64,000 nucleotides of DNA from the NCBI GenBank assembly GCA_041664605.1, contig JBAYKO010000003.1:6858-70857 (forward strand), written 5' to 3'. The position numbers and the translations under genes are program-made. This document shows, one piece after another, positions 48,427 through 59,693 of the stretch. This DNA comes from Minisyncoccota bacterium. Its GTDB lineage: Bacteria > Patescibacteriota > Minisyncoccia > Phycocordibacterales > UBA9973. Under the pieces are notes generated by a model. That model was not told where the DNA came from and searched no databases. It saw only the letters and a list, made by a program, of their open reading frames with translations. The first letter of the stretch is position 1; each line of letters starts with the position of its first letter.

Positions 48427-49677
48427 CTAACGCCAAGTCTCTTTTTTAGAAACAATCGTGCTATAAATTGAACGAATTATCCAAAGCGGTTGAGTAAAAC
48501 TGTAAATTAGAAAGTACCACAAAATATAAAACAAACTTTCTTTGGCACCACTTAATTTTCTTCCTAGAAGAATCGCCATTATAATTGAACCAAATAAAAT
48601 TATGGATAAAAAAGAGGCTGTTTTTGTATCAATAAAAAACCAATTCCAAGAAAACTCACCAGAAAATAAATGACTCCAACCGACAATTTGAGCAGATTGT
48701 ATTTTTTCAATAAGCATTAAAATTATTCGATACCAACTATAAAAAAATACAAAAACCAAAGCAAGATAAGCAAATAAACTCATTGGAATAGTAAACATCC
48801 CAAAATTGCCAAACTTCTTATTAAAAATCATATTTTTATATTTTTTAGTATTATGTAAAAAACCTGTACCCCAACGAATACGTTGCTTCCAAAGTTTTTT
48901 AAATGTCTCTGGACCTTTAGTGTAGGCTACAGCAGTATGACAATGATCAACAGTATAACCATGTTGCTGAATACGAAAAGTTAATTCCAGGTCTTCTAAA
49001 AGATGTCCGTGTTGCCAGCCACCAACTTTTTTTAGAATTTTAGTCTTATAAACAGAAAAAGCTCCGGGGGCAACTAAAACTCCACCCATGAGTCCCAACA
49101 TTTTCTTGTTATAAGAAAACATTTGATATTCAATACTTTGAGCTTTCTGAGAAATAGCTTTTGGATTACCAATTAATATTGTTCCACCAACAGCTGAAAC
49201 ATTTGGATTTTCTTGAAAAAACTTAACCATTTCCACTAAAGCATTTTTTTCTAGAACCGTATCAGCATCAACAGAAATTACTAATTCTGTGTCGACGTAT
49301 TCTAGAGCAAAATTCATAGCTGTATATTTTCCACCATTTTCTTTGTGATAAACTTTTATCTGAGGATGATCTATAAATGTTTGTAATATCTGCCAAGTAT
49401 TATCTTTACTTCCATCATCCACTATATAAATTTTCAATTTATCTATGGGATAATCAACTGATAAGATAGACTCTATTGAACTTACAATTGTTTTTTCTTC
49501 GTCCCAACAAGGAACAATAATACCAATTGTTGGATAATGTAGAATAACAACATTATTGTTGGCAATTTTTAATTTTCTTCTTTTTTCAAAAAAGGTAACC
49601 AAAAAAAACACCTGCACATACAGTGAGAAAAAGATAAAGACATACAATACTATTTGCAAAAAAGAGTCCATATACAA
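48427..49677 (-). CDS. family 2 glycosyltransferase, processive type (QxxRW)
   Basis: DDGSKD, DADT and QRIRW motifs. Multiple TM helices. Confidence 0.85.
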   Translation of the reverse strand: MYMDSFLQIVLYVFIFFSLYVQVFFLVTFFEKRRKLKIANNNVVILHYPTIGIIVPCWDEEKTIVSSIESILSVDYPIDKLKIYIVDDGSKDNTWQILQTFIDHPQIKVYHKENGGKYTAMNFALEYVDTELVISVDADTVLEKNALVEMVKFFQENPNVSAVGGTILIGNPKAISQKAQSIEYQMFSYNKKMLGLMGGVLVAPGAFSVYKTKILKKVGGWQHGHLLEDLELTFRIQQHGYTVDHCHTAVAYTKGPETFKKLWKQRIRWGTGFLHNTKKYKNMIFNKKFGNFGMFTIPMSLFAYLALVFVFFYSWYRIILMLIEKIQSAQIVGWSHLFSGEFSWNWFFIDTKTASFLSIILFGSIIMAILLGRKLSGAKESLFYILWYFLIYSFTQPLWIIRSIYSTIVSKKETWR

Positions 49678-49749
49678 TTCGCAATTCTACTACAAAAATG
49701 AGCAAAAATCAACCCCCACTTATTCTCTATAAATGGGGGTTGATTTTTA

Positions 49750-50028
49750 TTATATTGAGCTTGAATTTGTTTGTTCTGGAACCTGGCAAGTCTCACACTT
49801 TTCACATTTTTTACATTTTTTTGTAAAAAGAGTAACAATAGCAGAAACGCCGACTAAAATGTAAACAATCCATTCAATTGTTGGCCATTTTCCAAAGGCG
49901 AGATTTACTAAATTTAGATTTGTTTTTAAAAATCCACCTACCCCTACTAATCCCCAATTAATTCCTCCTACAATAACGAGCGCAGAGAAAATACAACATA
50001 GAACACATTTTTTGTTTTTAAAATCCAT
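49750..50028 (-). CDS. DUF378-family small membrane protein
   Basis: VIVGGINWGLVG motif. Confidence 0.5.
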   Translation of the reverse strand: MDFKNKKCVLCCIFSALVIVGGINWGLVGVGGFLKTNLNLVNLAFGKWPTIEWIVYILVGVSAIVTLFTKKCKKCEKCETCQVPEQTNSSSI

Positions 50029-50201
50029 TGTAATATAGTGAGTTTAAAAATTAATAATAAAAAAGACCTTTAAATTATATTAATATAATAACATAGAAAA
50101 TTGAAAATGAATAAATTTATTGTATTGTTGATAAATATTAAATAGTGATATAATTAATTCACTTTATAATTAATCTACCTCAAGAAGAGGTTAAAAAGCA
50201 T

Positions 50202-50927
50202 ATGGAAGAACAAAAAAATAAAATAAGTATAAGTTCAATTATTATAGTCGTGGTTTTCTTGGTAGTTTTAATAGGTTTAATAGCAACTTTTAAAAAATCA
50301 CCTGTACCCCAAAATTTAAATGAAAATAGTAATCAACTCACTATTTTGACCCCAAAGCAGTTACCTGAAGCTTATAAAAATGATCATTATTTTGGAAATG
50401 GAGATGAAAGTGTTGTTATTGTTGAATATTCTGATACAGAATGTCCTTTCTGTAAGAGATTTCAAGGAACCATGCAAGAAGTTATGAAAAATTATTCGGG
50501 AAGAGTAGCTTGGGTCTATAGACATGTTCCCCTTGATTCATTACACACAAAAGCCAGAAAAGAAGCAGAAGCCACAGAATGTGCAGCTGAGTTGGGGGGT
50601 AATGAAATTTTCTGGAAATATTTAGATGCAATTTTTACAATTACTCCATCAAATGACGGGTTAGATTTGGCTGAATTACCTAAAATTGCCGTTGACCTTG
50701 GTCTTAATAAAGTTGACTTTGAAGAATGTTTAGCAAGTGGTAAATATGCAGAAAAAGTTGAAGCCGATGCACAATTAGCTGTAAAAGCAGGTGCAAAAGG
50801 TGCCCCATATAGTGTAATAATCAAAAAAGATGGAACACAAACTATCGTAAATGGTGCTTATTATTACGATCTACCAGACCAGCCAACTCTATCACTTAAA
50901 ACAATGATTGAAGCCGCTCTAAAATAA
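50202..50927 (+). CDS. DsbA-like thiol:disulfide oxidoreductase
   Basis: Signal anchor. Thioredoxin CxxC motif (ECPFCKRF). Confidence 0.8.
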   Translation: MEEQKNKISISSIIIVVVFLVVLIGLIATFKKSPVPQNLNENSNQLTILTPKQLPEAYKNDHYFGNGDESVVIVEYSDTECPFCKRFQGTMQEVMKNYSGRVAWVYRHVPLDSLHTKARKEAEATECAAELGGNEIFWKYLDAIFTITPSNDGLDLAELPKIAVDLGLNKVDFEECLASGKYAEKVEADAQLAVKAGAKGAPYSVIIKKDGTQTIVNGAYYYDLPDQPTLSLKTMIEAALK

Positions 50928-50988
50928 AAAGAGTAATAAAAAAATCCTTAACATATGTTAAGGATTTTTTTAATTACTTCAAGATAAT

Positions 50989-52860
50989 TTATAATCCAAA
51001 ACTTGATGGAACAACAACAGTGGAAAAACCAAGTCTAGGTGAAAAAACTGTTCCTGTTGGTATAATTTGAGTCCACGTTATTCCATCATTTGAAGACCAA
51101 ATATCATTGTCTGGTCCACAAGAACCAGGGATAGTACAAGAAGTGCCGTCTGGTGTTGCCCCTGCCACGATAAACATTTTTCCATTAAGCACAAAAGAAG
51201 AATGCCAATATCTATCATAAAAAGAATTAGTGGAAGATTTTAAAGACCAAGGCGCGTCGTATAAAACTTCAGTCCAGTGTAATCCATCAGAAGAAGACCA
51301 AACATCAGCAAGATTATTAGTATTACTAAATCCTGCTTCTCCACCTAAAATCCATATTTTATTATTATAAAATAATGACGTAAGCCCATAACGTGGCTCC
51401 CACATTGTTCCTATTGGTATTTCTTGTTGCCAAGTAATACCATCAACTGAAGACCATATTTCGTTAGTACTACCAGTACCAGTAGAATTATATCCTCCAA
51501 ATGACCATATTTTTCCATAAGCAACAACTGAGGCTGTAAAGCTACCTGCAGGTAAGGTAGAATTCTGTGTCCCATTTTCAGTTAACCAAGAACTTCCATC
51601 TGAAGAAGACCAGAGATCAGAAAAAAGACCCAGGGTAGAACCAACACGCAATGCTCTCAATTTGTTGTTAAAAATTTCTAAAGTATGACTTGCAACCAAA
51701 TTACATCCTTGAAAGACATGTTCAAGATTCCAAATAGAACCATTACTTGAAGACCAAACATCACTAAAAGAACCGGGAAAATTATCGCTACCGCCAACAA
51801 CCCAAATTTTATTATTAAAAAGTTTTGAATTATATGGCAAAAATATTCTAGGAGACCACTTAGTTGTTGGTAATGGATCATTAATAGAAAGTAAATTCCA
51901 GTTTTTTCCATTATAGGACTGGTAAACATCATTAAAATTATTTCCATCACTACCCCCCATTAAAATAACTTTTTCTTTACATTTTCCTGAACGATCGGCA
52001 TTGAAAATAGATTGTAATTCAATCTGAGAAAGACCTCTGTTGAAAAATTCAATCTCATCCATATATCCTTTTAAATGTACTGCAAACCCATAGTTTGAAC
52101 CAGAACCAAAGAGTAAATTACTAGAAGTAGAAGACAAACTCGTTGGTAAAATAGTTGTACTATATAAATTAACCATCGTCGGAATCTGGATACCATTAAC
52201 ATAAATCTTCATTATGTTTGTCGCATTTTGAGAACCATCGTAAGTTACAGCAATAAAATTCCAATTATTTAAACTAAGAGGAGTTGTTGTAGTATAAATT
52301 GAACGATATGTATTGTTTACACCAAAAACAGTAAAGGTAAGGTTTAACCCATCAGAAACAACTGAATAAGTTCCATCTTTAAAAATTTGATATGTATTAA
52401 AAGTTGTCTGTAGAGTTGGTTTTAACCAATAATCAAAAGTAAAAGCATTAGTGGAAGGAACTAAGGTCGAATCGTTTTGTACCTCCATATAATCATTGAT
52501 ACCGTCAAAAGAGAATGCTCCTGCAACCTTACCATTACTTAAGATTGTAGTTCCATTTAAAACACCATTGTTTTTATGAGACTCCCTTGCAATATCAGAA
52601 GCATTAGTATCTCCAGGCCACCAACTAACTAAATTGTCTGGTGGCACAACACAAGGACTTATTTTTGAAGATGGAGACGGTGTTGGGGTGGGAATTGTGG
52701 TTCCAATAGCCATAGATGATATTTGGGATTGAGAACTAGAAATCTGTTTCTGGAGAGATTCTGTTTGTTTTTGTGAATCAATCAGATTATATGCTTCAAT
52801 ATTTGATGTAAATGTAAAAAATATTACAAGAATCAAAGGGAAAATGACAGTTTTTTTCAT
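50989..52860 (-). CDS. secreted LamG/ConA-like + BNR/Asp-box repeat protein
   Basis: Signal peptide. Five or more SxDGxxW Asp-box repeats (WSSSDGSSW, WSSNDGITW ..). Confidence 0.7.
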   Translation of the reverse strand: MKKTVIFPLILVIFFTFTSNIEAYNLIDSQKQTESLQKQISSSQSQISSMAIGTTIPTPTPSPSSKISPCVVPPDNLVSWWPGDTNASDIARESHKNNGVLNGTTILSNGKVAGAFSFDGINDYMEVQNDSTLVPSTNAFTFDYWLKPTLQTTFNTYQIFKDGTYSVVSDGLNLTFTVFGVNNTYRSIYTTTTPLSLNNWNFIAVTYDGSQNATNIMKIYVNGIQIPTMVNLYSTTILPTSLSSTSSNLLFGSGSNYGFAVHLKGYMDEIEFFNRGLSQIELQSIFNADRSGKCKEKVILMGGSDGNNFNDVYQSYNGKNWNLLSINDPLPTTKWSPRIFLPYNSKLFNNKIWVVGGSDNFPGSFSDVWSSSNGSIWNLEHVFQGCNLVASHTLEIFNNKLRALRVGSTLGLFSDLWSSSDGSSWLTENGTQNSTLPAGSFTASVVAYGKIWSFGGYNSTGTGSTNEIWSSVDGITWQQEIPIGTMWEPRYGLTSLFYNNKIWILGGEAGFSNTNNLADVWSSSDGLHWTEVLYDAPWSLKSSTNSFYDRYWHSSFVLNGKMFIVAGATPDGTSCTIPGSCGPDNDIWSSNDGITWTQIIPTGTVFSPRLGFSTVVVPSSFGL

Positions 52861-52910
52861 AAAATTTATAATTAATTGCTAATAGTTCATGTATAGCACA
52901 ATGGTTAAAT

Positions 52911-54230
52911 TTAATCAAAGTAGTTTTTTAATCGGAGTATTTTATCGTTGGATCTTAGTTTTTCATGAACTTTAGCTTCAATCTGTCTTATTCTCTCTCT
53001 TGTAACTCCGAATTCTTGACCCACTTCTTCTAGAGTATGTTGTACTCCGTCTATTAAACCATATCTTAATTCTAAAATTTTTCTTTCTTTTGGAGTAAGT
53101 TCTTCTAATACTTCTTTGATTTGATCAGACAAAATTCTCCTCGAAGAATCTTGATCAGGGCGAAGAATTTTATCATCAGCAATAAATTCGCCTAGTGTTG
53201 ATTTTTCATCGTCATCTCCTATTGGTTGTTCAAGTGATCTTGTGTCTTGATTAATATTTTCAATCATATGAATTTTTTCTACCTCAAGCCCCATTTCGGC
53301 AGCAATTTCTTCAGGCAATGGATCCCGCCCTAAATCTTGAGAAAGTCTTCTAAAAACCTGCTTATATTTTGATATAGTTTCAACCATGTGCACTGGAATT
53401 CTAATTGTTCTTGATTGATCTGCTAAGGCTCTTGTAATTGATTGGCGAATCCACCAAGTAGCGTAAGTTGAAAATTTATAACCCTTAGTCCAGTCAAATT
53501 TTTCAACCGCCTTAAAAAGACCGAGATTTCCTTCTTGAATGAGATCAAGTAAAGTTAGATCCTGACTTCTGCCAACATATTTTTTCGCAATAGAAACAAC
53601 AAGCCTCAAGTTAGCACGAGCTAAAAGATTTTTTGCTTCCAAATCACCTTTTTCAATTTTTTTCGCTAGCTCTTTTTCTTCGTCTGCTAAAATCAAAGGA
53701 TACTGACCAATTTCTTTTAAATACATCTGAATTGAATCATAGGTCGCAGCATCTTTTATATACTTACTACTTTTTTCTAAAACAGAATCTATATCCAGCA
53801 AGTTTCCTCCCTCTAAAACATCTATACCTGTTACACTTAATTTTTCATAAAGCTCATCAAGAAAAACAATATTATTTTCTATATCAGGAAATTTTTTTAA
53901 TATTTCATCATAAGTAATAAAACCTCTTTTTTTCCCTTTATTTACAAGCTCTTCTGCCCCAGTCTGTAAAAGTTCTAATTTTTTTTGCAAAGTCATAACT
54001 ACTTTTTTTTCTGGTTTTTCTGTAATGCTTTTTTTCTTAGTAGCAAAAATTGCAATCTTTCTTTGTTTGGTAGTTTTATTTTTTATTGGTTTTTTAATTA
54101 TTTTTGGCTTTGTTTTTTTAACTGAACCTTTTTTTACACTTATTGGGCGAGTCTTTTTTGAGACTATTGATTTTACTTTCTTACTTGCCCCGCCTTGACG
54201 TAGGCTTTTTTTGATTATTTTTTTCTTCAT
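52911..54230 (-). CDS. rpoD: RNA polymerase sigma factor RpoD
   Basis: Region 2 ([27 protein letters not shown]) and region 4 ([19 protein letters not shown]). Confidence 0.9.
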   Translation of the reverse strand: MKKKIIKKSLRQGGASKKVKSIVSKKTRPISVKKGSVKKTKPKIIKKPIKNKTTKQRKIAIFATKKKSITEKPEKKVVMTLQKKLELLQTGAEELVNKGKKRGFITYDEILKKFPDIENNIVFLDELYEKLSVTGIDVLEGGNLLDIDSVLEKSSKYIKDAATYDSIQMYLKEIGQYPLILADEEKELAKKIEKGDLEAKNLLARANLRLVVSIAKKYVGRSQDLTLLDLIQEGNLGLFKAVEKFDWTKGYKFSTYATWWIRQSITRALADQSRTIRIPVHMVETISKYKQVFRRLSQDLGRDPLPEEIAAEMGLEVEKIHMIENINQDTRSLEQPIGDDDEKSTLGEFIADDKILRPDQDSSRRILSDQIKEVLEELTPKERKILELRYGLIDGVQHTLEEVGQEFGVTRERIRQIEAKVHEKLRSNDKILRLKNYFD

Positions 54231-54255
54231 AAAAATTTTATAAAAAGACTTTAAT

Positions 54256-55986
54256 TTATAATTTAAACCTACTATTTTTAATCTCGTTTATTTTTTTTGA
54301 TAAATCATGACATTCTTTTAAAATTACTGTTGCTAAATTTAAATCATTCATATTTTCTGCTTTTTTAAGGTTATACATTAATTTAGCTAATTGTTCTTCT
54401 AATAATTCTTTTTCTAAATTCATTAGAAGTTCATCTATCTCTGATTTTAAATTTTTATCATTTAAATAATAAAATTCAGCTTGAAGTATTAAATTTTGCT
54501 TCTCTTGTTCTGTAATATCTTTTATTTCTGTATCAAAATCTCTTTCGCTAATTTTTTTATATTTTAATTTTATTTCCTCAATATTCACCGCTGGAATTTT
54601 TTCACTTTCCTGCCAAAGGATTATCCCTGTGATTTTATCTTTCATAATATCTTTCATCTTTTTAGATGGCGTATCTCCTGCTTCTGTTTTTTGATTCCTT
54701 AAATCTTCTTTTGTAGCCGGACTTGCAATTTTATCTACTTCTCCCTTTATTAATTCTTCTTCAACTGACAGTTTATTGGCTATTTTTCGTATAAAATGAG
54801 ATTGGTCTATTTTATTATTTATTAAAGAAACATAAGGAAGAATTTTTTTGACTACTTCTTTTTTAAGCATTCTCTCTTCATAATCTTTTTCCATTAACAT
54901 TTCTAGATAAAAATCAACTATATGCTTCGCTTCTTTTAATGAACCTTGCCACTCTTCCTTATTTTCTAAAATCATCTCAGCTGGATCTTTTCCTCCTTTA
55001 ATTTTTACAATTTTAACATCAAGTGAAGATGCTAAGGCTAGTTTTACACTTCTTTCAGAAGCAGAAAAACCTGCATCATCTGCGTCAAAAGCAAGCAATA
55101 AATTATCACTAAATCTTTTAATCAGAGAAATGTGTTCCTCTGTAAGAGCAGTCCCCGAAACCGCTACAGTGTTTCTTGTCCCAGATTGATGAGCCATAAT
55201 TAAATCAATTTGTCCTTCCACTAAAATACAAGAATCGGCATTCATAATATATCTCTTGGCCTTGTCGTAACCATATAGAATTTTTGATTTATTGTAAAGA
55301 ACTGTCTCAGGACTATTAACATACTTGGCTCCTTTGTTTTCCTCACTCTCATTAAATATTCTTCCAGAGAAACCAACCGTTCTTCCTTGACTATTATTTA
55401 GTGGAAACATTATCCTTCCTCTAAATCTATCATAGTAACCTTTTTCACTTTTAATAATAAGACCAACCTTTTCAATTTGCGGTTCCTTAAAATTTTTCCC
55501 TTGTAAATAATGAAGTAAAAGTCTCCATTCATTTGGAATGTACCCAATTCTAAATTCTTTTATTGTCTCATCTTTTAACCCCCTTTTTCTTAAATATTCA
55601 AGAACTTCAGGATTTTTATAAAGATTGTTTTCAAAAAATTTAGTGGATTCTTCTAAAATATCGTAAAGATGATTTTGTTCACTTTTTTCTTCAGGGTTTA
55701 TATTTTTTATCTCTACTCCAGCTCTATCAGCAAGTAATTTTAAGGCTGAATAAAAATCAATTCCTTCTATGTCTTCAGTAAAAGTAAAAATGTCCCCACC
55801 TCTATTACAACCGAAACAATGATAACTGTTCCTTGTGGGTGATACCATAAAAGAAGGTGATTTTTCATTATGAAAAGGACATTTAGCTTTTAGATTTGAC
55901 CCAGCTTTCTCTAATTTTACATAAGATGAAATAACATCAACAATATTAAGTCTTTCTTTTATTTGTTCAACAGTAGATGTTGTCAT
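54256..55986 (-). CDS. dnaG: DNA primase
   Basis: Zinc-finger [21 protein letters not shown] motifs ([14 protein letters not shown]). Confidence 0.9.
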   Translation of the reverse strand: MTTSTVEQIKERLNIVDVISSYVKLEKAGSNLKAKCPFHNEKSPSFMVSPTRNSYHCFGCNRGGDIFTFTEDIEGIDFYSALKLLADRAGVEIKNINPEEKSEQNHLYDILEESTKFFENNLYKNPEVLEYLRKRGLKDETIKEFRIGYIPNEWRLLLHYLQGKNFKEPQIEKVGLIIKSEKGYYDRFRGRIMFPLNNSQGRTVGFSGRIFNESEENKGAKYVNSPETVLYNKSKILYGYDKAKRYIMNADSCILVEGQIDLIMAHQSGTRNTVAVSGTALTEEHISLIKRFSDNLLLAFDADDAGFSASERSVKLALASSLDVKIVKIKGGKDPAEMILENKEEWQGSLKEAKHIVDFYLEMLMEKDYEERMLKKEVVKKILPYVSLINNKIDQSHFIRKIANKLSVEEELIKGEVDKIASPATKEDLRNQKTEAGDTPSKKMKDIMKDKITGIILWQESEKIPAVNIEEIKLKYKKISERDFDTEIKDITEQEKQNLILQAEFYYLNDKNLKSEIDELLMNLEKELLEEQLAKLMYNLKKAENMNDLNLATVILKECHDLSKKINEIKNSRFKL

Positions 55987-56037
55987 AATTAAATAAACAT
56001 TAAAAGCCTCTTATTAAATTATTTATTAAGCAGTAAA

Positions 56038-59000
56038 TTACTCTTCTGTATTACCTTCATTCATTTCTCCAACTTCCTCCTCTTCTTCTGGTTTTGCCCT
56101 AAAACCTGTTCCCGCAGGAATCAATCTTCCAATAATAACATTCTCTTTTAATCCTCTTAGATTATCCACTCCACCTCTAATAGCGTTGTTAATAAGAACC
56201 CTATTTGTATTTTGGAATGATGCAGCTGATAACCAACTCTTCGTAGTTAAAGAAACTTCAGAAATACCGAGAACAATTGTTTCCCCTTTTGCTTCTTCTC
56301 CCCCCTCTTCTACTACTCTAATGTTTTCATCTGTAAGTTCTGATACTTCAACAATTTCTCCAGTGGACAAAGTTGTATCGCCAGGATTTTTAACTTTCTT
56401 TCTTGAAAACATTTGCCTAATTATAATTTCAATATGTTTCCTAGAAATTGACGCACCCTGAAGCTCATAAACTTTATTTATTTCTCTAATTATATATTCT
56501 TCTGCCATTTCTTTTCCTCCATATTTAAATATTTCAGAAATATCAGCAGACCCATCTGTTATAATTTCACCTTTCTTAATTTTTTGTCCCTTTTTAATTA
56601 AAGGATTTCTTCTAAATGGGACAGGGTATTCAACTTCATTATCTTTACCATCATTCTTACTGTCATTTAGAACAACAATAGTTTTTTCTTTTCCATCATT
56701 TTTTATTTCAATAACTTCCCCATCAGCCTTACTAACAATTGCTGGACTCCTTGGAGTCCTCTTTTCAAATATTTCTTCAACACGAGGAAGACCAGCTGTA
56801 ATATCAAGCATTGCCACACCTCCAGCGTGGAAAGTTCTAAGTGTTAACTGTGTTCCTGGTTCACCGATTGCTTGGGCTGCAACAATTCCAACCGCTTCAC
56901 CCGGTTCAATAAGTTTATTTCTTCCCAAATCAAGACCATAACACATACGACAAACATTATGCACTGTCTTACATGTAAGTGGCCCTCTAACAAAAACTTG
57001 TTCTACTCCAGAACTTTCTATCTTTTTTGCATCTTCTTTTGTTACAATATGACCCTTCTTAAATATAATTTCTCCTTTTCCATCTTTTATATCAGCACCC
57101 AAAACTCTTCCATGAACATTTTTTGAAAGTGGTATTTCAACTCCTAAAATATTTTCTTTACTTACCCATTTACCATCTTTTGTTCCACAATCTTCCTCTG
57201 TAACAATAACATCTTGAGCAACGTCAACTAAACGTCTTGTTAAATATCCAGCTTTTGCAGTCATAAGTGCAGTGTCAGCAAGACCTTTTCTAGCACCGTG
57301 AGTAGTAATGAAGTATTCAACAGGAGATAGCCCCTCTTTATATGATGGAATAATAGGGAAATCAATTGTCTTTCCTGCGGTATTAATAATAAGACCTTTC
57401 ATCCCAGCCATTTGAACAAGGTTATTTATAGATCCTCTAGCTCCTGAATAAAGCATGTCATAAACAGAACCTTTTTTGTCTAATGTTCCAGGAATGACTT
57501 TCTCTATTTCTCCTCTTGCTCCCTCCCAAAGTTCTATTGTTTTCTTAAACTTTTCATCATCAGAAAGAAGTCCATCTTCGTGTTGTGATTCTATTTCATC
57601 TTCTTTTATTTTTGCTCTTTCAATAATTTCTTCTTTTTCTTTTGGAACAATAACATTATCAATTCCCCATGTTATTCCAGCTTTGGTTATATATTTATAT
57701 CCGAAGTCTTTTATTTTATCTAAAATTTTTGCAGTTTCATCAATACTGTATTTTGTTATAAGTTCATCAACTAAGGCAGACATTTTTTTTGATGTTATTT
57801 CTTCATTTATAAAATCAAAATCTTTCGGAAGAACACTATTAAATAAAATTCTTCCTACTGATGTCTCTATTAATTCTCCTTTAAATCTTTTATATCTTAG
57901 ACTTTCTGTTCCCTGAATTTTAATTTTTGACCTGAAGCTAATTTCTCCAAAATCATAAGCAGTAATAGCGAAGTTTGGAGAAGGGAAAATTTTTCCTTCA
58001 CCCTTGTCCCCCTCAACAGCTTTTGTCATCCAATAACATCCCAAAATAATATCCAGTTTAGGATTAACAATAGGATCACCATTTTGTGGTTTAAGTAAGT
58101 TTCTATTTGAAGCCATAAGTTCCCTTGCTTCTGTTTGTGCTTCTTCTCCAAGTGGAACATAAACGGCCATCTGGTCCCCGTCGAAGTCAGCATTGAAAGC
58201 TGTACAAACCAAGGGATGAACTTGAATAGCATTTCCTTCAATTAAGATTGGATTAAAAGCTTGAATTCCAAGACGGTGAAGTGTAGGGGCACGGTTAAGT
58301 AACACATATTTTCCCTTAATAACTTCTTCTAGAATTGCCCAAACTTCATAGACACCTTCTTCAATAAGTTTGTTGGCACCCCTAATATTGTAAGCTAATT
58401 CTCCCTCTAAAATTTTTGCAATTACAAATGGTCTGAAAAGTTCAAGAGCCATATGTTTTGGTAATCCACACTGATTTAATTTTAATTGAGGACCAATAAC
58501 AATAACTGATCTACCAGAATAGTCTACTCTTTTTCCAAGAAGATTTTGTCTGAAAAGACCTTGTTTACTTTTTAGATTATCAGAAAGAGATTTCAAAACT
58601 CTCTTTTGTGATTGACTCATTGCGGGAGAATCGGACTGTTTGGAAATGGAGTTATCGATTAAGGCGTCAATGGCTTCTTGAAGAATTCTTTTTTCATTTC
58701 TTAAAATAACATCTGGAGCTCCGATTTCTTTTAGTTTTTTTAGACGATTGTTTCTATTAATAACTCTTCTATACAAATCATTCAAATCAGATGTTGCATG
58801 GCGTCCCCCATCAAGTGCTACCATTGGGCGAAGTGCTGGTGGAATAACAGGAATAACAGTCAAAAACATCCACTCTGGTCTAATTTCTGATTTAATCATT
58901 GATCTAATTAAACTTAATCTTTTTTCTACTTTTTCTCTTTCTGCTGATCCAACTTTTTCATAAATAGTTTCTACTTGTTCTTTCAATCTGTCGAGATCAA

Positions 59001-59673
59001 GATTTTTGAAAATATTATAAATTGCTTCAGCTCCAATATTTGCTTCAAAACAAGTTCCATATTTTAATGAAAAATAATGATAAGTAACTTCATTTAAAAC
59101 GTTCCCTTCATAAATTTCATTAATTTCTTTTTTTGCGTTACTTAAAAGTTCTTTTAACTTTTCTCTCGTTTCATCATCAGCAGAAGTTTTTACTTTTGAT
59201 TTATACTCACTTTCTAAACTTTTAACAACTGACTCTTTTTCTTCATGATTAACTTTGGTTATTATATGTCCAGCAAAATAAATAACTTTTTCCAAATCAG
59301 AAACTGTAATACCTAAAAGTGTACTCATTTTTGATGGAACACCTCTTAGAAACCATATGTGTGCAACAGGCGTTGCAAGTTCAATATGGCCCATTCTTTC
59401 TCTTCTAACGATTGATCTTGTGACTTCAACTCCACATTTTTCACAAATAATGTCCTTATATCTAATTCTTCTATACTTTCCACAATAACATTCATAATCT
59501 TTTTCAGGACCAAATATTCTTTCATCAAAGAGACCTCCTCTTTCACTTCTTCCAGTTCTGTAGTTTATTGTTTCAGGTTTTGTAACTTCTCCATAAGACC
59601 ATTCTTTTATTTTCTCAGGTGAAGCCAATTTAAGTGTAATGCTACTAAAATCTTTTGTATCTAATGTTTTCAT
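56038..59673 (-). CDS. rpoC: DNA-directed RNA polymerase subunit beta'
   Basis: NADFDGDQMAV catalytic motif. Zn-finger CYCGKY..CEKCGVEV. Confidence 0.97.
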   Translation of the reverse strand: MKTLDTKDFSSITLKLASPEKIKEWSYGEVTKPETINYRTGRSERGGLFDERIFGPEKDYECYCGKYRRIRYKDIICEKCGVEVTRSIVRRERMGHIELATPVAHIWFLRGVPSKMSTLLGITVSDLEKVIYFAGHIITKVNHEEKESVVKSLESEYKSKVKTSADDETREKLKELLSNAKKEINEIYEGNVLNEVTYHYFSLKYGTCFEANIGAEAIYNIFKNLDLDRLKEQVETIYEKVGSAEREKVEKRLSLIRSMIKSEIRPEWMFLTVIPVIPPALRPMVALDGGRHATSDLNDLYRRVINRNNRLKKLKEIGAPDVILRNEKRILQEAIDALIDNSISKQSDSPAMSQSQKRVLKSLSDNLKSKQGLFRQNLLGKRVDYSGRSVIVIGPQLKLNQCGLPKHMALELFRPFVIAKILEGELAYNIRGANKLIEEGVYEVWAILEEVIKGKYVLLNRAPTLHRLGIQAFNPILIEGNAIQVHPLVCTAFNADFDGDQMAVYVPLGEEAQTEARELMASNRNLLKPQNGDPIVNPKLDIILGCYWMTKAVEGDKGEGKIFPSPNFAITAYDFGEISFRSKIKIQGTESLRYKRFKGELIETSVGRILFNSVLPKDFDFINEEITSKKMSALVDELITKYSIDETAKILDKIKDFGYKYITKAGITWGIDNVIVPKEKEEIIERAKIKEDEIESQHEDGLLSDDEKFKKTIELWEGARGEIEKVIPGTLDKKGSVYDMLYSGARGSINNLVQMAGMKGLIINTAGKTIDFPIIPSYKEGLSPVEYFITTHGARKGLADTALMTAKAGYLTRRLVDVAQDVIVTEEDCGTKDGKWVSKENILGVEIPLSKNVHGRVLGADIKDGKGEIIFKKGHIVTKEDAKKIESSGVEQVFVRGPLTCKTVHNVCRMCYGLDLGRNKLIEPGEAVGIVAAQAIGEPGTQLTLRTFHAGGVAMLDITAGLPRVEEIFEKRTPRSPAIVSKADGEVIEIKNDGKEKTIVVLNDSKNDGKDNEVEYPVPFRRNPLIKKGQKIKKGEIITDGSADISEIFKYGGKEMAEEYIIREINKVYELQGASISRKHIEIIIRQMFSRKKVKNPGDTTLSTGEIVEVSELTDENIRVVEEGGEEAKGETIVLGISEVSLTTKSWLSAASFQNTNRVLINNAIRGGVDNLRGLKENVIIGRLIPAGTGFRAKPEEEEEVGEMNEGNTEE

Positions 59674-59693
59674 ATTTTTAACTTAAATTATTA